Shown piece after piece: positions 26,507-36,201 of a stretch of 64,000 nt of DNA. The first letter of the stretch is position 1; every line of letters begins with the position of its first letter. Below the pieces are notes generated by a model. The model was given only the letters and a program-made list of their open reading frames with translations, did not search any database and was not told where the DNA came from. Source of the stretch: Bryobacterales bacterium. Lineage in GTDB: Bacteria > Acidobacteriota > Terriglobia > Bryobacterales > Bryobacteraceae. The stretch lies in the NCBI GenBank assembly GCA_963763615.1, contig CAVXPI010000013.1, positions 718-64,717 of the forward strand, written 5' to 3'. The position numbers and the translations under genes were made by a program.

Positions 26507-28879
26507 TCACTCATGCCGAAGCGCCCGCAGCGGCTCAACGCGGGTGGCGCGGTAAGCCGGTAACCAGCACGCCAGCGGTGCGACGACTAGCCACACAGCT
26601 ATGGATGCGGACCAAGTCGCCGCGTCGGTGGCACTCACGCCATAGAGCAGACTCGGCAGGAGGCGGGCGGCCATTGCCGAGAGGACCAAGCCAACGCCAA
26701 TTCCCGCGAGCGTGACGCGCAGCCCTTGACTGACTACCAACTGAAACACGTCGGAGCGCTGTGCGCCCACGGCCATGCGAATGCCAATTTCGCGAGTCCG
26801 CGCCGTGACGTGGTAAGCCATCACGCCATACATGCCGACAGCCGCCAACACCATGGCCAGTGTGCCGAGAATGCCGAGAACCCATACTTCGAAGCGGACC
26901 TGCCAGAAGGACGCGTCGAGAGATTCGCTGAGCCGTTTGACTCCGTAGGTGCGGAAATCCGGGTGGATCGAGACCAACGTTTTGCGGACCGTCTCCATGA
27001 GAGAGCCGGAATCGCCGGCGGTTTCGGCGACGAGAAACGCGATGCCGCCGTCGTATGCCTGAGAGAACGGCAGGTAGACGTGCGGTAAGGCGGCTTCGTT
27101 GAGCGAACGGATTCTTGAATCGCGAGCGACTCCTGCCACGTGCAAGAGACGGGGGTGATCGCAGCCAAAAAGAAGGCTCTGGCCGATGGCCGATTGGTTT
27201 GGCCAAAGCCGTTGAGCCAGAGTCCGATTCACGATGGCGATCGGTGGACTATCCAGCTGATCGGCGACGGTGAAGTCGCGCCCGTCGAGCAAGGCGATGC
27301 GCATGGTGGTGAGATAGCCGGTTCCCACGGTCGTTGTGGTGGCCGGCGTTGGCTTGCCGGTGTCACGCACCACACAAGTGCTCGCCATGCCGGCAGCGTA
27401 TAGCGGCAGCCGGCTGGTCAGCGCAACGCTGCGAACACCCGGCAGCAAACGGACACGGTTTAGGGCTTGGTCATAGTAGACTTTGTTGGGTTTGGCTGTC
27501 GACTCGGGCGGCTGCGCCATGAAGACTGGGGCGAATAAGCGGTTGGCGGTGGCAAAGCCAGGGTCGGTGTTACGAAAGCGCAGAGTGGCCCGGGCGAACA
27601 GCCCCGCCGTGAGCAATAAGACCAGCGAGAGGCCGATCTGTGCGGTCAGCGTGGTGAGGCGAATGCGTAACCTTCCGCCCGCGACGCCACCGCTTTTCAG
27701 CGCTGCAACAAGATCGTGGCGGCTTCCTTGGATCGCGGGCAACAGGCCGGACAGCAACGAGGTTAGAAGCGAAATGATTCCGGTGTAGGCGATGACTCGG
27801 AAGTCCAGAGGCAAATCCAACCGCAGCATTTCTTCAAACGGGAGAGCGGGCAGCGTGTCTTGTAGCAGATGATTGCCGGCATAGGCAACGAAAACTCCAG
27901 CGGCACCACCGGCGAGGCAAAGAACGAGGTTCTCGGTCATCAACTGGCGGAGCACGCGCAGACGGCTGGCACCGAGCGCGAAGCGGACCGCCACTTCGCC
28001 ATACCGGCTCATGCCGCGAGCCAACAGAAGATTGCCAACGTTCACACATGCGATGAGGAGTACAAATGAGACGACGATCATCAACAGAATCACAACCGGC
28101 ATAGCTTGATGGCGGCTAGCCGGGTTCGGCACTCCGCGAACCATTTCCACGGTGAGTGGACCGGCGGCTGTGTGCGCCATCGCCAGGTTGTCCTTACGCA
28201 TTTCGGCGGCGACTTCGTTCAATTCCGCGGATGCCTGGGAAGCGGTGATGCCCGGTTTCAGGACGCCGAACACCATCACGCGCATGCGCTCGGCGTTTCT
28301 TCCGGCCCAGAATTGGAAAGGCACCCAAAGGTCGATGCGGAGCGGCAGATAGATGCCACCGAACTCGGGCGGCGCCACGCCGACTACGTTATACATATGC
28401 GATTCGGAGCGGACCGTTTTGCCGAGAACATTGGGGTCGCTGTGAAACAACGTTTGCCAGATGTGGTAACTGATGACCGCTCCCGGCTCATCTTCGCGAT
28501 TGAACCAACGGCCCAGGAGTGGCCGTGTGCCTAGCACGGTAGAGTAGTTGCCTGAGACGGGCTCGGCGCCGATCAACGCGGCATTGCCTGCGAAGCTCAA
28601 GTCCGATTCCTCGGGCTCGGAGGCGCACAAGCCGGCGAGCGAATTGGCGCGATCCGCCAATCCGCGATATTCGGCGTACGAGAACAGCGGATCGCCGTTG
28701 CGGCTCAGCACCACCAGACGTTTGGCATTCCCGACAGGCAACGGGCGGAGGTAGACCGTGTCCAGGAGGGTGAAGATCGACGCGTTCACGCCGATACCAA
28801 GAGCTAGACACAGAACAGCGAGACAAGTGAATCCTGGAGACTTGACGAACAGGCGCAGAGCTAATCTGATGTCGTGCAT
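26507..28879 (-). CDS. ADOP-family duplicated FtsX/MacB-like ABC permease.
   Basis: The N-terminus reads DIRLALRLFVKSPGFTCLAVLCLALGIGVNASIFTLLD. It has two FtsX-type 4-TM modules and is 790 aa. Confidence 0.88.
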   Translation of the reverse strand: MHDIRLALRLFVKSPGFTCLAVLCLALGIGVNASIFTLLDTVYLRPLPVGNAKRLVVLSRNGDPLFSYAEYRGLADRANSLAGLCASEPEESDLSFAGNAALIGAEPVSGNYSTVLGTRPLLGRWFNREDEPGAVISYHIWQTLFHSDPNVLGKTVRSESHMYNVVGVAPPEFGGIYLPLRIDLWVPFQFWAGRNAERMRVMVFGVLKPGITASQASAELNEVAAEMRKDNLAMAHTAAGPLTVEMVRGVPNPASRHQAMPVVILLMIVVSFVLLIACVNVGNLLLARGMSRYGEVAVRFALGASRLRVLRQLMTENLVLCLAGGAAGVFVAYAGNHLLQDTLPALPFEEMLRLDLPLDFRVIAYTGIISLLTSLLSGLLPAIQGSRHDLVAALKSGGVAGGRLRIRLTTLTAQIGLSLVLLLTAGLFARATLRFRNTDPGFATANRLFAPVFMAQPPESTAKPNKVYYDQALNRVRLLPGVRSVALTSRLPLYAAGMASTCVVRDTGKPTPATTTTVGTGYLTTMRIALLDGRDFTVADQLDSPPIAIVNRTLAQRLWPNQSAIGQSLLFGCDHPRLLHVAGVARDSRIRSLNEAALPHVYLPFSQAYDGGIAFLVAETAGDSGSLMETVRKTLVSIHPDFRTYGVKRLSESLDASFWQVRFEVWVLGILGTLAMVLAAVGMYGVMAYHVTARTREIGIRMAVGAQRSDVFQLVVSQGLRVTLAGIGVGLVLSAMAARLLPSLLYGVSATDAATWSASIAVWLVVAPLACWLPAYRATRVEPLRALRHE

Positions 28880-28964
28880 GGTTGCCTAGACACCATGCAG
28901 AGCCGGTTTGTTCCAAGGCGCTTAGGCTGCCGGATGTAGATTGACACCTCGTTCCGATAAGCTC

Positions 28965-29426
28965 TCAGTCTGACCGGTTTTTTGCCTGCGCATTCACTTC
29001 CTCAACGAATTTTTCAAAAAACTTGCGAATCATCATCTTAGCGGTGGTATCGATCATACGCTGGCCCACAGCCGCGATGGTGCCGCCCACCTGCACGTCG
29101 CCATCGTAGGCTAGTTCGGTGCTGGTTTCGCTGGCGGGCGAGAGGGACATCAGCCCTTCGCCTTTTAGAAAGCCGACTTTGCCGCTGCCTTCCACCAGCA
29201 TTTTAAAGCTTTGCGGTGGACTGGCTTCGGTGATTTTGATTTTCCCGGTGAACAGGCCGGAGAACGCGGCCAACGCCAATTTCATCTTCATGGCGTATTC
29301 GTCTTCGCCGATTTTTTCCAAGGCATCGCAACCTGGCACACAGCGAGACAGAATCGCCGGGTCGTGCAAGTTTCGATACGTCTTTTCGCGGTCGAAGGGC
29401 AGTGTAGAGGAGCCGGAAATTTTCAA
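28965..29426 (-). CDS. CoxG-like SRPBCC protein.
   Basis: It reads MKISGSSTLPFDREKTYRNLHDPAILSRCVPGCDALEKIGEDEY..FTGKIKI. Its position at the end of the cox-like cluster fits. Confidence 0.8.
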   Translation of the reverse strand: MKISGSSTLPFDREKTYRNLHDPAILSRCVPGCDALEKIGEDEYAMKMKLALAAFSGLFTGKIKITEASPPQSFKMLVEGSGKVGFLKGEGLMSLSPASETSTELAYDGDVQVGGTIAAVGQRMIDTTAKMMIRKFFEKFVEEVNAQAKNRSD

Positions 29427-30268
29427 GCAATCCTCGCGAGCGCGGTGTTGATGGCGCGCTCTGTAATGACTTGCGCCAAATGCTTGCGATATTCCGCCGA
29501 GGCGTGAATGTCGGAATTGGCGTCCACTCCATCATTGACTAAAGCGGCAGCGTCGGCGGCGGATTTCCCGGCGACAAGCGCGTCTTCAACAGCGGTTGCG
29601 CGGAAGGCTTTAGAAGCGAGACCTGTTACGGCCACGCGGGCGAAAGTGATTTTAGCTCCGTCTTGCCGCACGCGGACAGCGATGCCCACTGTTGCGTAAC
29701 CGGAAGCCGGCTGAAACACTTTTTTATAACAAGTGCCGACCTTCGAATCGTCGACAGGCACTTGGATTTCCTGAATTAATTCGCCCGGTTCGAGAGAAGT
29801 GCTGAGGGCGTCGACGAATAAATCTTGGACATCCACCGTGCGAGAGCCTTTGCTGGAAGCCACCAGAAATTTGGCTTCGAGCGCGAGTAAAGCCGCCGGA
29901 TAGTCGGCGGAGGGATCGGCGTGTGCCGCTGCGCCGCCAAGCGTTCCGGAATTGCGGACTTGGACATCGCCAATGTTGGAGGCAGTTTCGGCGAGTAGCG
30001 GGCATTTGCCGCGCAAGACGGGCGAGCCTTCGAGGGCGTGGTGAGTAGCCATGGCCCCGATATGAACGGTGCCAGCGGATTCGGCAATCCCATCGAGTCC
30101 GGGAACGCCCGAAAGATCGACAAGCTTTTCAGGCGAGGCAAGGCGCAGCTTCATCATCGGGATGAGACTCATGCCGCCGGCAAGCGGTTTGGCCGAACCA
30201 TCGGCCAATTGCGTCAGGGCCTCGGCAAGGGAGGCCGGTTTGGAGTATTCGAAGCTATTGGCAATCAT
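29423..30268 (-). CDS. FAD-binding medium subunit (CoxM-like) of a xanthine-dehydrogenase-family enzyme.
   Basis: It has PLAGGMSLIPMMKLR and RNSGTLGGAAAHADP. A 4-nt overlap joins it to the coxG-like gene. Confidence 0.88.
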   Translation of the reverse strand: MIANSFEYSKPASLAEALTQLADGSAKPLAGGMSLIPMMKLRLASPEKLVDLSGVPGLDGIAESAGTVHIGAMATHHALEGSPVLRGKCPLLAETASNIGDVQVRNSGTLGGAAAHADPSADYPAALLALEAKFLVASSKGSRTVDVQDLFVDALSTSLEPGELIQEIQVPVDDSKVGTCYKKVFQPASGYATVGIAVRVRQDGAKITFARVAVTGLASKAFRATAVEDALVAGKSAADAAALVNDGVDANSDIHASAEYRKHLAQVITERAINTALARIA

Positions 30269-30269
30269 T

Positions 30270-32603
30270 TTATTGTTTGGCTCCCTGCATCACTTTCCAG
30301 AGGCTTTCCGGCGTCAAAGGCATGTCGAGATGCCGGACGCCGAGAGGGCTGAGTGCATCGACGATTGAATTGACAACCGCGGGCGTAGAGCCGATGGTGC
30401 CCGCTTCGCCCACGCCCTTCACGCCGAGTGGATTGACAGGCGACGGCGTAACCGTGTGGCCCGTTTCGATCCATGGCATCATGCTCGCTTTCGGAAAAGC
30501 GTAATCCATAAATTCGCCGGTGAGCAATTGGCCGCTTTCGTCGTAAACGGCTTGCTCCCAAAGAGCCTGGCCCATGCCTTGCGCGATGCCGCCGTGAATC
30601 TGGCCGTCTACGATGAGTGGATTCAGAATCTTACCGCAATCGTCAACGGCGACGTAGCGCGTGATCTGCACGTCGCCTGTTTCCTTGTCTACCTCCGACA
30701 CGACGATGTGACAGCCGAAAGGGAAACAGAAGTTGGAGGGCTCCCAGAAGTGAGTGACGGAGAGGCCAGGCTCGGTGTTGGGAGGTAGTTCCATGGCCCG
30801 ATAGGTGGCCCCGGCAATTTGCTGGATCGGGATCGTAGCGCCCGTTTTTAGACAAATGCAGTGGCCGCCTTCGAAGCTCACCTCTTCCGATTTGAGCAGC
30901 ATCTTGCCGTAGATTTTGATTTTGTCTTTGAGCTTTTGCAGCGCGTAGTAGAGAGCCGTGCCACCGACGGCCGTGCCGCGCGAACCGAAAGTGCCGATGC
31001 CGTACTGAACAATCGAGGTATCGCCATGCAACACGACTACGTCGTCGATGCCAACGCCCAATTCGTCTGCTGCGATTTGCGCGAAGGTGGTTTCTTCGCC
31101 TTGGCCGTGCGGTGATGCTCCCGTCATGACGGTAACTTTGCCCGATGGTTCGATGCGCACGGTGGCACTTTCCCAACCGCCGGCGGGTGTTGCGGCCGAA
31201 GGACCGAAAGCGCAGATTTCGCCGTAGGTAGCAATGCCGATGCCCATCAGCTTGCCTTGTCTCCGCGCTTCCGTTTGCACAGCGCGCAGATTTTTATAGT
31301 CGATGGTGTGCATGGCTTGATCGAGCGGCGCAGCATAGTTGCCTGAATCGTACGAAAGGCCGGTTCCGGTAGCGAACGGGAATTCTTCGTTGCGGATGAA
31401 GTTCTTGCGGCGGATTTCGGCCGGGTCCATTTTGAGTTCGGCGGCGAGAATATCCATCATGCGCTCGATGCCGTGAGTGGCTTCCGGGCCGCTGGCTCCA
31501 CGGTAGGCGTCAGTCGGCACGCAGTTCGTGAACGCACCCACGACATCGGCTTCAATGTTGTTGCAGCGGTACAAGCCCTGCATCATGAGCACGGTGAGCG
31601 TGGGAATCACTGGGCCGAGAAGCTGGTGATAGGATCCGAGATCTTGAATGATTTTGAGGCGGATGGCGGTGATTTCCCCGGTGTTCTTGGCGGCGACTTC
31701 GTAGTAATCCACTTGGCCACGGCCGTGGATAGTGCAGGTGAAGTTCTCGCGGCGCGACTCGATCCATTTCACCGGGCGGCCGAGTTTCATGGATACAAAA
31801 CCCATAAGCGCCTCTTCGGCGTAGACGTTCAGCTTGCTGCCGAAGCCGCCGCCGACTTCGGGCGCGACGATGCGCAGCTTATGTTCGCCAATGCCCAACA
31901 TCCCGGAGAGAAGGGTGCGGCAGAGGTGGGGAATCTGGGTGGACGTCCAGACAGTGAGAGCGCCGTCGCCACTTTTGTAATCGGCTACGACCGCACGGCC
32001 TTCCATGGCAGCGGGAATGAGGCGCTGCTGGACGATGCGCTGCTTTACAACGACCTCCGCTTCTTTGAAAGCCTTTTCAGGGTCGCCGCCTTTTTGTTGA
32101 TAGGTGAAGGCAACGTTATCGGGCCACTCGGGGTGAACGGGTGGAGCGCCCTTGGCCAAAGCTTTTTCGGGATCGGCCACGGCGGGCAGGGGATCGTAGT
32201 CCACTTCCACCGTGTCGGCTGCGTCACGGGCAATATAGCGGTCGATGGCAACGGCAACTGCTACTGGATGACCAACATAATAGACGCGGTCTTTGGCAAG
32301 AACGGTGTGATTGGGCGTGCGTAAACCCGGAAGGACTGCGCCGCAAGGCACGGGGCCGACGCCAACCGTGTCGGCAAACGTATAAACGGCGACGACACCG
32401 GGAATTTCGAGCGCGGCTTTGATATCGACGTTTTTAATTTTGGCGGCAGCGTGGGGGCTGCGCACAATACACGCGTGATACATGCCGGGCAGCTTCAAAT
32501 CGTCGACGTAAGTAGCAGTGCCAGTGATCAGCCGCGGATCTTCGCGGCGCTTGATGCGCTGGCCAACGAGGGGATCTGTTTTGGTGATGGTAGTGGTTCC
32601 CAT
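30270..32603 (-). CDS. Molybdopterin-binding large subunit (CoxL-like, non-form-I).
   Basis: It is 777 aa. GQRIKRREDPRLITG opens the N-terminus. The active-site loop reads ..PTDAYRGASGPEA.. rather than the VAYRCSFR loop I recall for form-I CO dehydrogenases. Confidence 0.88.
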   Translation of the reverse strand: MGTTTITKTDPLVGQRIKRREDPRLITGTATYVDDLKLPGMYHACIVRSPHAAAKIKNVDIKAALEIPGVVAVYTFADTVGVGPVPCGAVLPGLRTPNHTVLAKDRVYYVGHPVAVAVAIDRYIARDAADTVEVDYDPLPAVADPEKALAKGAPPVHPEWPDNVAFTYQQKGGDPEKAFKEAEVVVKQRIVQQRLIPAAMEGRAVVADYKSGDGALTVWTSTQIPHLCRTLLSGMLGIGEHKLRIVAPEVGGGFGSKLNVYAEEALMGFVSMKLGRPVKWIESRRENFTCTIHGRGQVDYYEVAAKNTGEITAIRLKIIQDLGSYHQLLGPVIPTLTVLMMQGLYRCNNIEADVVGAFTNCVPTDAYRGASGPEATHGIERMMDILAAELKMDPAEIRRKNFIRNEEFPFATGTGLSYDSGNYAAPLDQAMHTIDYKNLRAVQTEARRQGKLMGIGIATYGEICAFGPSAATPAGGWESATVRIEPSGKVTVMTGASPHGQGEETTFAQIAADELGVGIDDVVVLHGDTSIVQYGIGTFGSRGTAVGGTALYYALQKLKDKIKIYGKMLLKSEEVSFEGGHCICLKTGATIPIQQIAGATYRAMELPPNTEPGLSVTHFWEPSNFCFPFGCHIVVSEVDKETGDVQITRYVAVDDCGKILNPLIVDGQIHGGIAQGMGQALWEQAVYDESGQLLTGEFMDYAFPKASMMPWIETGHTVTPSPVNPLGVKGVGEAGTIGSTPAVVNSIVDALSPLGVRHLDMPLTPESLWKVMQGAKQ

Positions 32604-32621
32604 AATATTTGCCCCCTCTGG

Positions 32622-33107
32622 CTATGCTCTCTTCGCGGCTGCCTGCATTTGCGTTGCAGCGGTGCGGGCGGCATTCACAATATGTTGGTAGCCCGTGCAA
32701 CGGCAGAGATTGCCTTCGATACCGTGGCGAATCTCTTCGTCTGTGGGATTTGGGTTGCGGTCAAGCAACTGCTTCACGGCGATGATCATGCCAGGCGTGC
32801 AATAACCGCACTGGAGTCCATGCTCGGACCAGAAGGCGTCTTGCACAGGGTGATATTTGCCGTCTTGGGCGAGACCTTCGATGGTGGTGACGGATTTGCC
32901 GTTGGCCTGGACCGTGAACATGGCGCAGCTTTTGATGGCTTTGCCGTCTACCTCCACAGTGCAAGCGCCGCAAAGCGACGTTTCACAACCGATGTGCGCG
33001 CCGGTGAGGTTCATTTGCTCGCGCAAAAAATGGATGAGCAGGGTGCGTGGTTCCACTTCTTCTGTGACGGATTTGCCGTTGATGGTGAGGGTTACTTTCT
33101 GCTTCAT
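32622..33107 (-). CDS. [2Fe-2S] small subunit (CoxS-like).
   Basis: It has [15 protein letters not shown] and CGYCTPGMI...CRCTGY. ATG 33107 ([12 protein letters not shown]) is preferred over 33137. Confidence 0.9.
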   Translation of the reverse strand: MKQKVTLTINGKSVTEEVEPRTLLIHFLREQMNLTGAHIGCETSLCGACTVEVDGKAIKSCAMFTVQANGKSVTTIEGLAQDGKYHPVQDAFWSEHGLQCGYCTPGMIIAVKQLLDRNPNPTDEEIRHGIEGNLCRCTGYQHIVNAARTAATQMQAAAKRA

Positions 33108-33177
33108 TAGGTTCGCCTTGCTAGCGGTAATAAACATATCAAAAGTTGTGAGCTCGTGAGCGCGCCCAACAAAAAGC

Positions 33178-33206
33178 TTGACAAGATTGCCATTGGCATC
33201 TACCTT
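33178..33206 (+). promoter_or_regulatory. Candidate promoter giving a near-leaderless transcript of the 33214 gene.
   Basis: TTGACA (33178-33183), a 17-nt spacer containing the palindrome TGCCA-T-TGGCA, then TACCTT (33201-33206). The ATG is at 33214, only 7 nt after the -10 element. The -10 match is weak. Confidence 0.25.
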
Positions 33207-33213
33207 TGAGGCT

Positions 33214-33810
33214 ATGCCAGTGCCGTCTCAAAGCCTCGTTCTTAATGGACCCGAGTTCACAACCCGAGCCGCCAATTTCGCCCACCTTATGGCCACTCCG
33301 ACCTTCCAGAAGCAGTTTTTCGCCAACCCGTCGGCCGTAGCATCCCGAGAGTTCAACCTGAAAGTGCCCGCCAGCGCAGCCAGTAAGGCGAACGCCATGG
33401 TTTTTGCGCTGTTAGGCGACAAGAAATTCAATAGCTGGGCGAAAGAATTCCAGAAGGAAATTGACACCTCGTTCCATGGCATTTCCGGGGCGGCCAGTGT
33501 TTCCGACGCCCAGAAGGCCCTGAAATCGAAGCAGACGCGCGACCAACTGGTCGCCAAGTTCAACGCCTCCGTTGCCCATCAACTGTCTCCGGAAACGGCC
33601 GCCACGCTTGCCTCAATCAACAAGGGCCCATTAGTGTCCGAAGGAGATGTGGCCGTTATCTTACTCACGTTCGTGGTCGTGGTTGTGGTCGTCGCCATCG
33701 CCGCCGGGATCGCCAACCCCGCAGAACTGGTCTCCCGGCAGCAGGTGCAGCTCGTCGCCAGACAAATTACGGCATCGCAGGTAGCCCAAGTCCGCACAAA
33801 CCAGCGCTGA
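33214..33810 (+). CDS. Hypothetical helical protein with a single C-terminal TM segment (tail-anchored). No family recognised.
   Basis: It opens [15 protein letters not shown]. It contains ..[45 protein letters not shown].. and a C-terminal [22 protein letters not shown]. Its stop lies 6 nt before the radical SAM gene. Confidence 0.5.
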   Translation: MPVPSQSLVLNGPEFTTRAANFAHLMATPTFQKQFFANPSAVASREFNLKVPASAASKANAMVFALLGDKKFNSWAKEFQKEIDTSFHGISGAASVSDAQKALKSKQTRDQLVAKFNASVAHQLSPETAATLASINKGPLVSEGDVAVILLTFVVVVVVVAIAAGIANPAELVSRQQVQLVARQITASQVAQVRTNQR

Positions 33811-33816
33811 AGCTGA

Positions 33817-34863
33817 ATGGACATTCTCGATCCCATCCCTGAAATACGCGTTCTCTCGCTCCTGTTGACATTGCAGTGTACGGCTGAATGCTTGCATTGC
33901 GGCACGAACAGCAGCCCGCGCGTCAAGTCGCGATTGCCGGAAGCCACTGCTGCGCGTCTGATCGACGAGGCCGCGCAAGCTGAATATCAAGTGGTGGCGT
34001 TTACCGGTGGTGAGCCCCTTCTGTACGGCGAGCCGCTCTTCCGGTTGGTTCGCCAAGCCGCCGGACACGGTCTGACCACACGCGTTGTCAGTAATGCCTA
34101 TTGGGCGCGCACTCTGCAGGGTGCTTCCGCTATTGTGGCGTCTTTGTCCGGCGCTGGGCTTAAGGAAATAAACTTCTCGACGGGCGACCAGCACGCCCGT
34201 TTTGTTCCTATGGCCAACGTGATTCGCGCCGTCCGCGCTTCGCTCGACCACAAACTCAGAGTCGCTGTCATGATCGAAACCGTCAAGGAGCGATCTATCA
34301 CACGTGAGGCATTTCTGAACGATCCATTGTTCGTGGAGCTATTCGATAGCGCCGAGCGGGAAACGATCTACTTCTGCGAGAGTCCGTGGATGCCGCTGGA
34401 CCCACACCAACACCTCGAGTATCCGGATAACATGACTGTCACTGCCGGGAATATCGGGCAGTGTACCGGCTGCGATAGCGTTATCAATACCACTACCGTG
34501 CTGGCCGATGGGAGAGTGATGGCGTGCTGCGGGTTGGGAACGCAGCAGATTCCCGAATTGCAGCTAGGTAGAGTGGAGGACGGCAGTTTGACCCAGATGC
34601 GATCCCTTGCGGAAAACGACTTCCTTAAACGCTGGATTCGCTGCGAAGGACCCGAACGCATTCTGCAATGGGCGGCAACGAAAAACACGGCGATTGCGTG
34701 GGAGGGACTCTATGCACACCGCTGCCAGGCATGTGTCCGCTTGTATTCCGACGAAGCGGTTCGTACTGTAATCCGTGAGCAGTATGAAGAGAAGATTGTG
34801 GATGTCCTCGCTTCGGAGTGGCTGACCTACACTTATCCGCAGGCCCAATTGACCGAAGCGTAA
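33817..34863 (+). CDS. Radical SAM enzyme with a C-terminal Cys-rich (SPASM/twitch-like) extension.
   Basis: It has the CX3CX2C motif in LTLQCTAECLHCGT and the GGEPLL SAM-binding motif. The C-terminal cysteines lie in GQCTGCDSVINTTTVLADGRVMACCGLG and HRCQACVRLY. Confidence 0.82.
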   Translation: MDILDPIPEIRVLSLLLTLQCTAECLHCGTNSSPRVKSRLPEATAARLIDEAAQAEYQVVAFTGGEPLLYGEPLFRLVRQAAGHGLTTRVVSNAYWARTLQGASAIVASLSGAGLKEINFSTGDQHARFVPMANVIRAVRASLDHKLRVAVMIETVKERSITREAFLNDPLFVELFDSAERETIYFCESPWMPLDPHQHLEYPDNMTVTAGNIGQCTGCDSVINTTTVLADGRVMACCGLGTQQIPELQLGRVEDGSLTQMRSLAENDFLKRWIRCEGPERILQWAATKNTAIAWEGLYAHRCQACVRLYSDEAVRTVIREQYEEKIVDVLASEWLTYTYPQAQLTEA

Positions 34864-34977
34864 AGCCGTTCGGCGTGTCAATTTTCGGGGGAAGGTTGAC
34901 AGAATGGGTGAGGCAATATATGCTGGCGTTTGATTTGAGTCGTTTCAAAGCTTAAATCCACAGCGAATACCTGAATC

Positions 34978-36192
34978 ATGTCGAACCAAAGCTTCTTTTC
35001 GGATGCGCTTGCCGCGGGCAATGGCGTCGTCAGACTTGCCCCTTGCTGGGTGCCGCGTGCCTTTTTAATGCCGGGTGGGCGGCTCAAACTGGATCCTCGC
35101 GATCTCTATGCATTGGGGGCGCATCGCGGTGGCATTGATGAGCGCTGGTTTTCCTCGACTACCAAGGCGGCGAATGGGCCGTTGACGGCGCACGACGAAG
35201 GCTTGAGCTACATCGAATTCAACGGGAAGAAGGCGCTGTTGAAGGAAGCGATCGATACGGTTGGCGACAAGTTTTTGGGTTCGGCTGTGATGCAGAAGTA
35301 TGGCGGCTTCAATCTGCTCTGCAAGTTTTTCGACAACCTTGGGCCCATTCCTCATCACCTGCATCAGAACGATGAGTTCGCGGCGCGCGTGGGCCAGAAG
35401 GGCAAGCCCGAGGCATATTACTTTCCGCCGCAATATAACTTCAAGGGCAACAATTTCCCTTACACGTTTATGGGGTTGAACCCTGGCGTGACCCGCGCGG
35501 AGGTGAAGCGCAGCCTGGAGCGTTGGAACGAAGGTGATAACGAGATTCTGTATCTTTCGCGCGCGTATAAGTTGAAGCCGGGTACGGGCTGGCAGATTGA
35601 CCCAGGCATTTTGCATGCGCCGGGTTCGCTAGTGACCTATGAACCACAAGTGAATTCGGACGTGTTCGCCATGTATCAATCGCTGGTGGAAGGGCGCGCG
35701 GTGGGCTGGGAGTTGCTGGTGAAAGACGTTCCGCCGGAACACCACAACGACCTTGAATACCTGCTGGACATGATGGACTGGCCGGGAAATACCGATCCCG
35801 AATTCGCGGAGCATCGCCACTTTCATCCGGCACCCGCCGCAGCCCTGGAAGAGATGAAGGATGCGGGCTATTCGGAAAGCTGGGTGGTGTATTCCACCCC
35901 GCACTACTCAGCGAAAGAGTTGACTGTCCTTCCGGGTAAGACGGTGACGATCAAAGACTCTGCCGCTTATGGAATGATCCTGGTGCAGGGCTACGGCGCA
36001 CTCGGCAAGCATGAAATTGAAACGCCGAGCTTGATCCGTTTTGGGCAGATGACCAAGGATGAGCTCTTTGTTAGCGCGGACGCGGCGGCGCAAGGCGTGA
36101 CCATTACGAATAAGAGCGCTACGGAAGACCTGGTCATGCTGAAGCACTTCGGACCAGGTAATCCAGACGCACCGACAAAAAAACTGAGTTAA
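34978..36192 (+). CDS. Cupin-fold, type-I phosphomannose-isomerase-like protein (function uncertain).
   Basis: It is a 404-aa ORF. LLCKFFDNLGPIPHHLHQND and ILHAPGSLVTYEPQ resemble PMI-type metal-binding segments as I recall them. Confidence 0.45.
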   Translation: MSNQSFFSDALAAGNGVVRLAPCWVPRAFLMPGGRLKLDPRDLYALGAHRGGIDERWFSSTTKAANGPLTAHDEGLSYIEFNGKKALLKEAIDTVGDKFLGSAVMQKYGGFNLLCKFFDNLGPIPHHLHQNDEFAARVGQKGKPEAYYFPPQYNFKGNNFPYTFMGLNPGVTRAEVKRSLERWNEGDNEILYLSRAYKLKPGTGWQIDPGILHAPGSLVTYEPQVNSDVFAMYQSLVEGRAVGWELLVKDVPPEHHNDLEYLLDMMDWPGNTDPEFAEHRHFHPAPAAALEEMKDAGYSESWVVYSTPHYSAKELTVLPGKTVTIKDSAAYGMILVQGYGALGKHEIETPSLIRFGQMTKDELFVSADAAAQGVTITNKSATEDLVMLKHFGPGNPDAPTKKLS

Positions 36193-36201
36193 TAATAGAG
36201 T

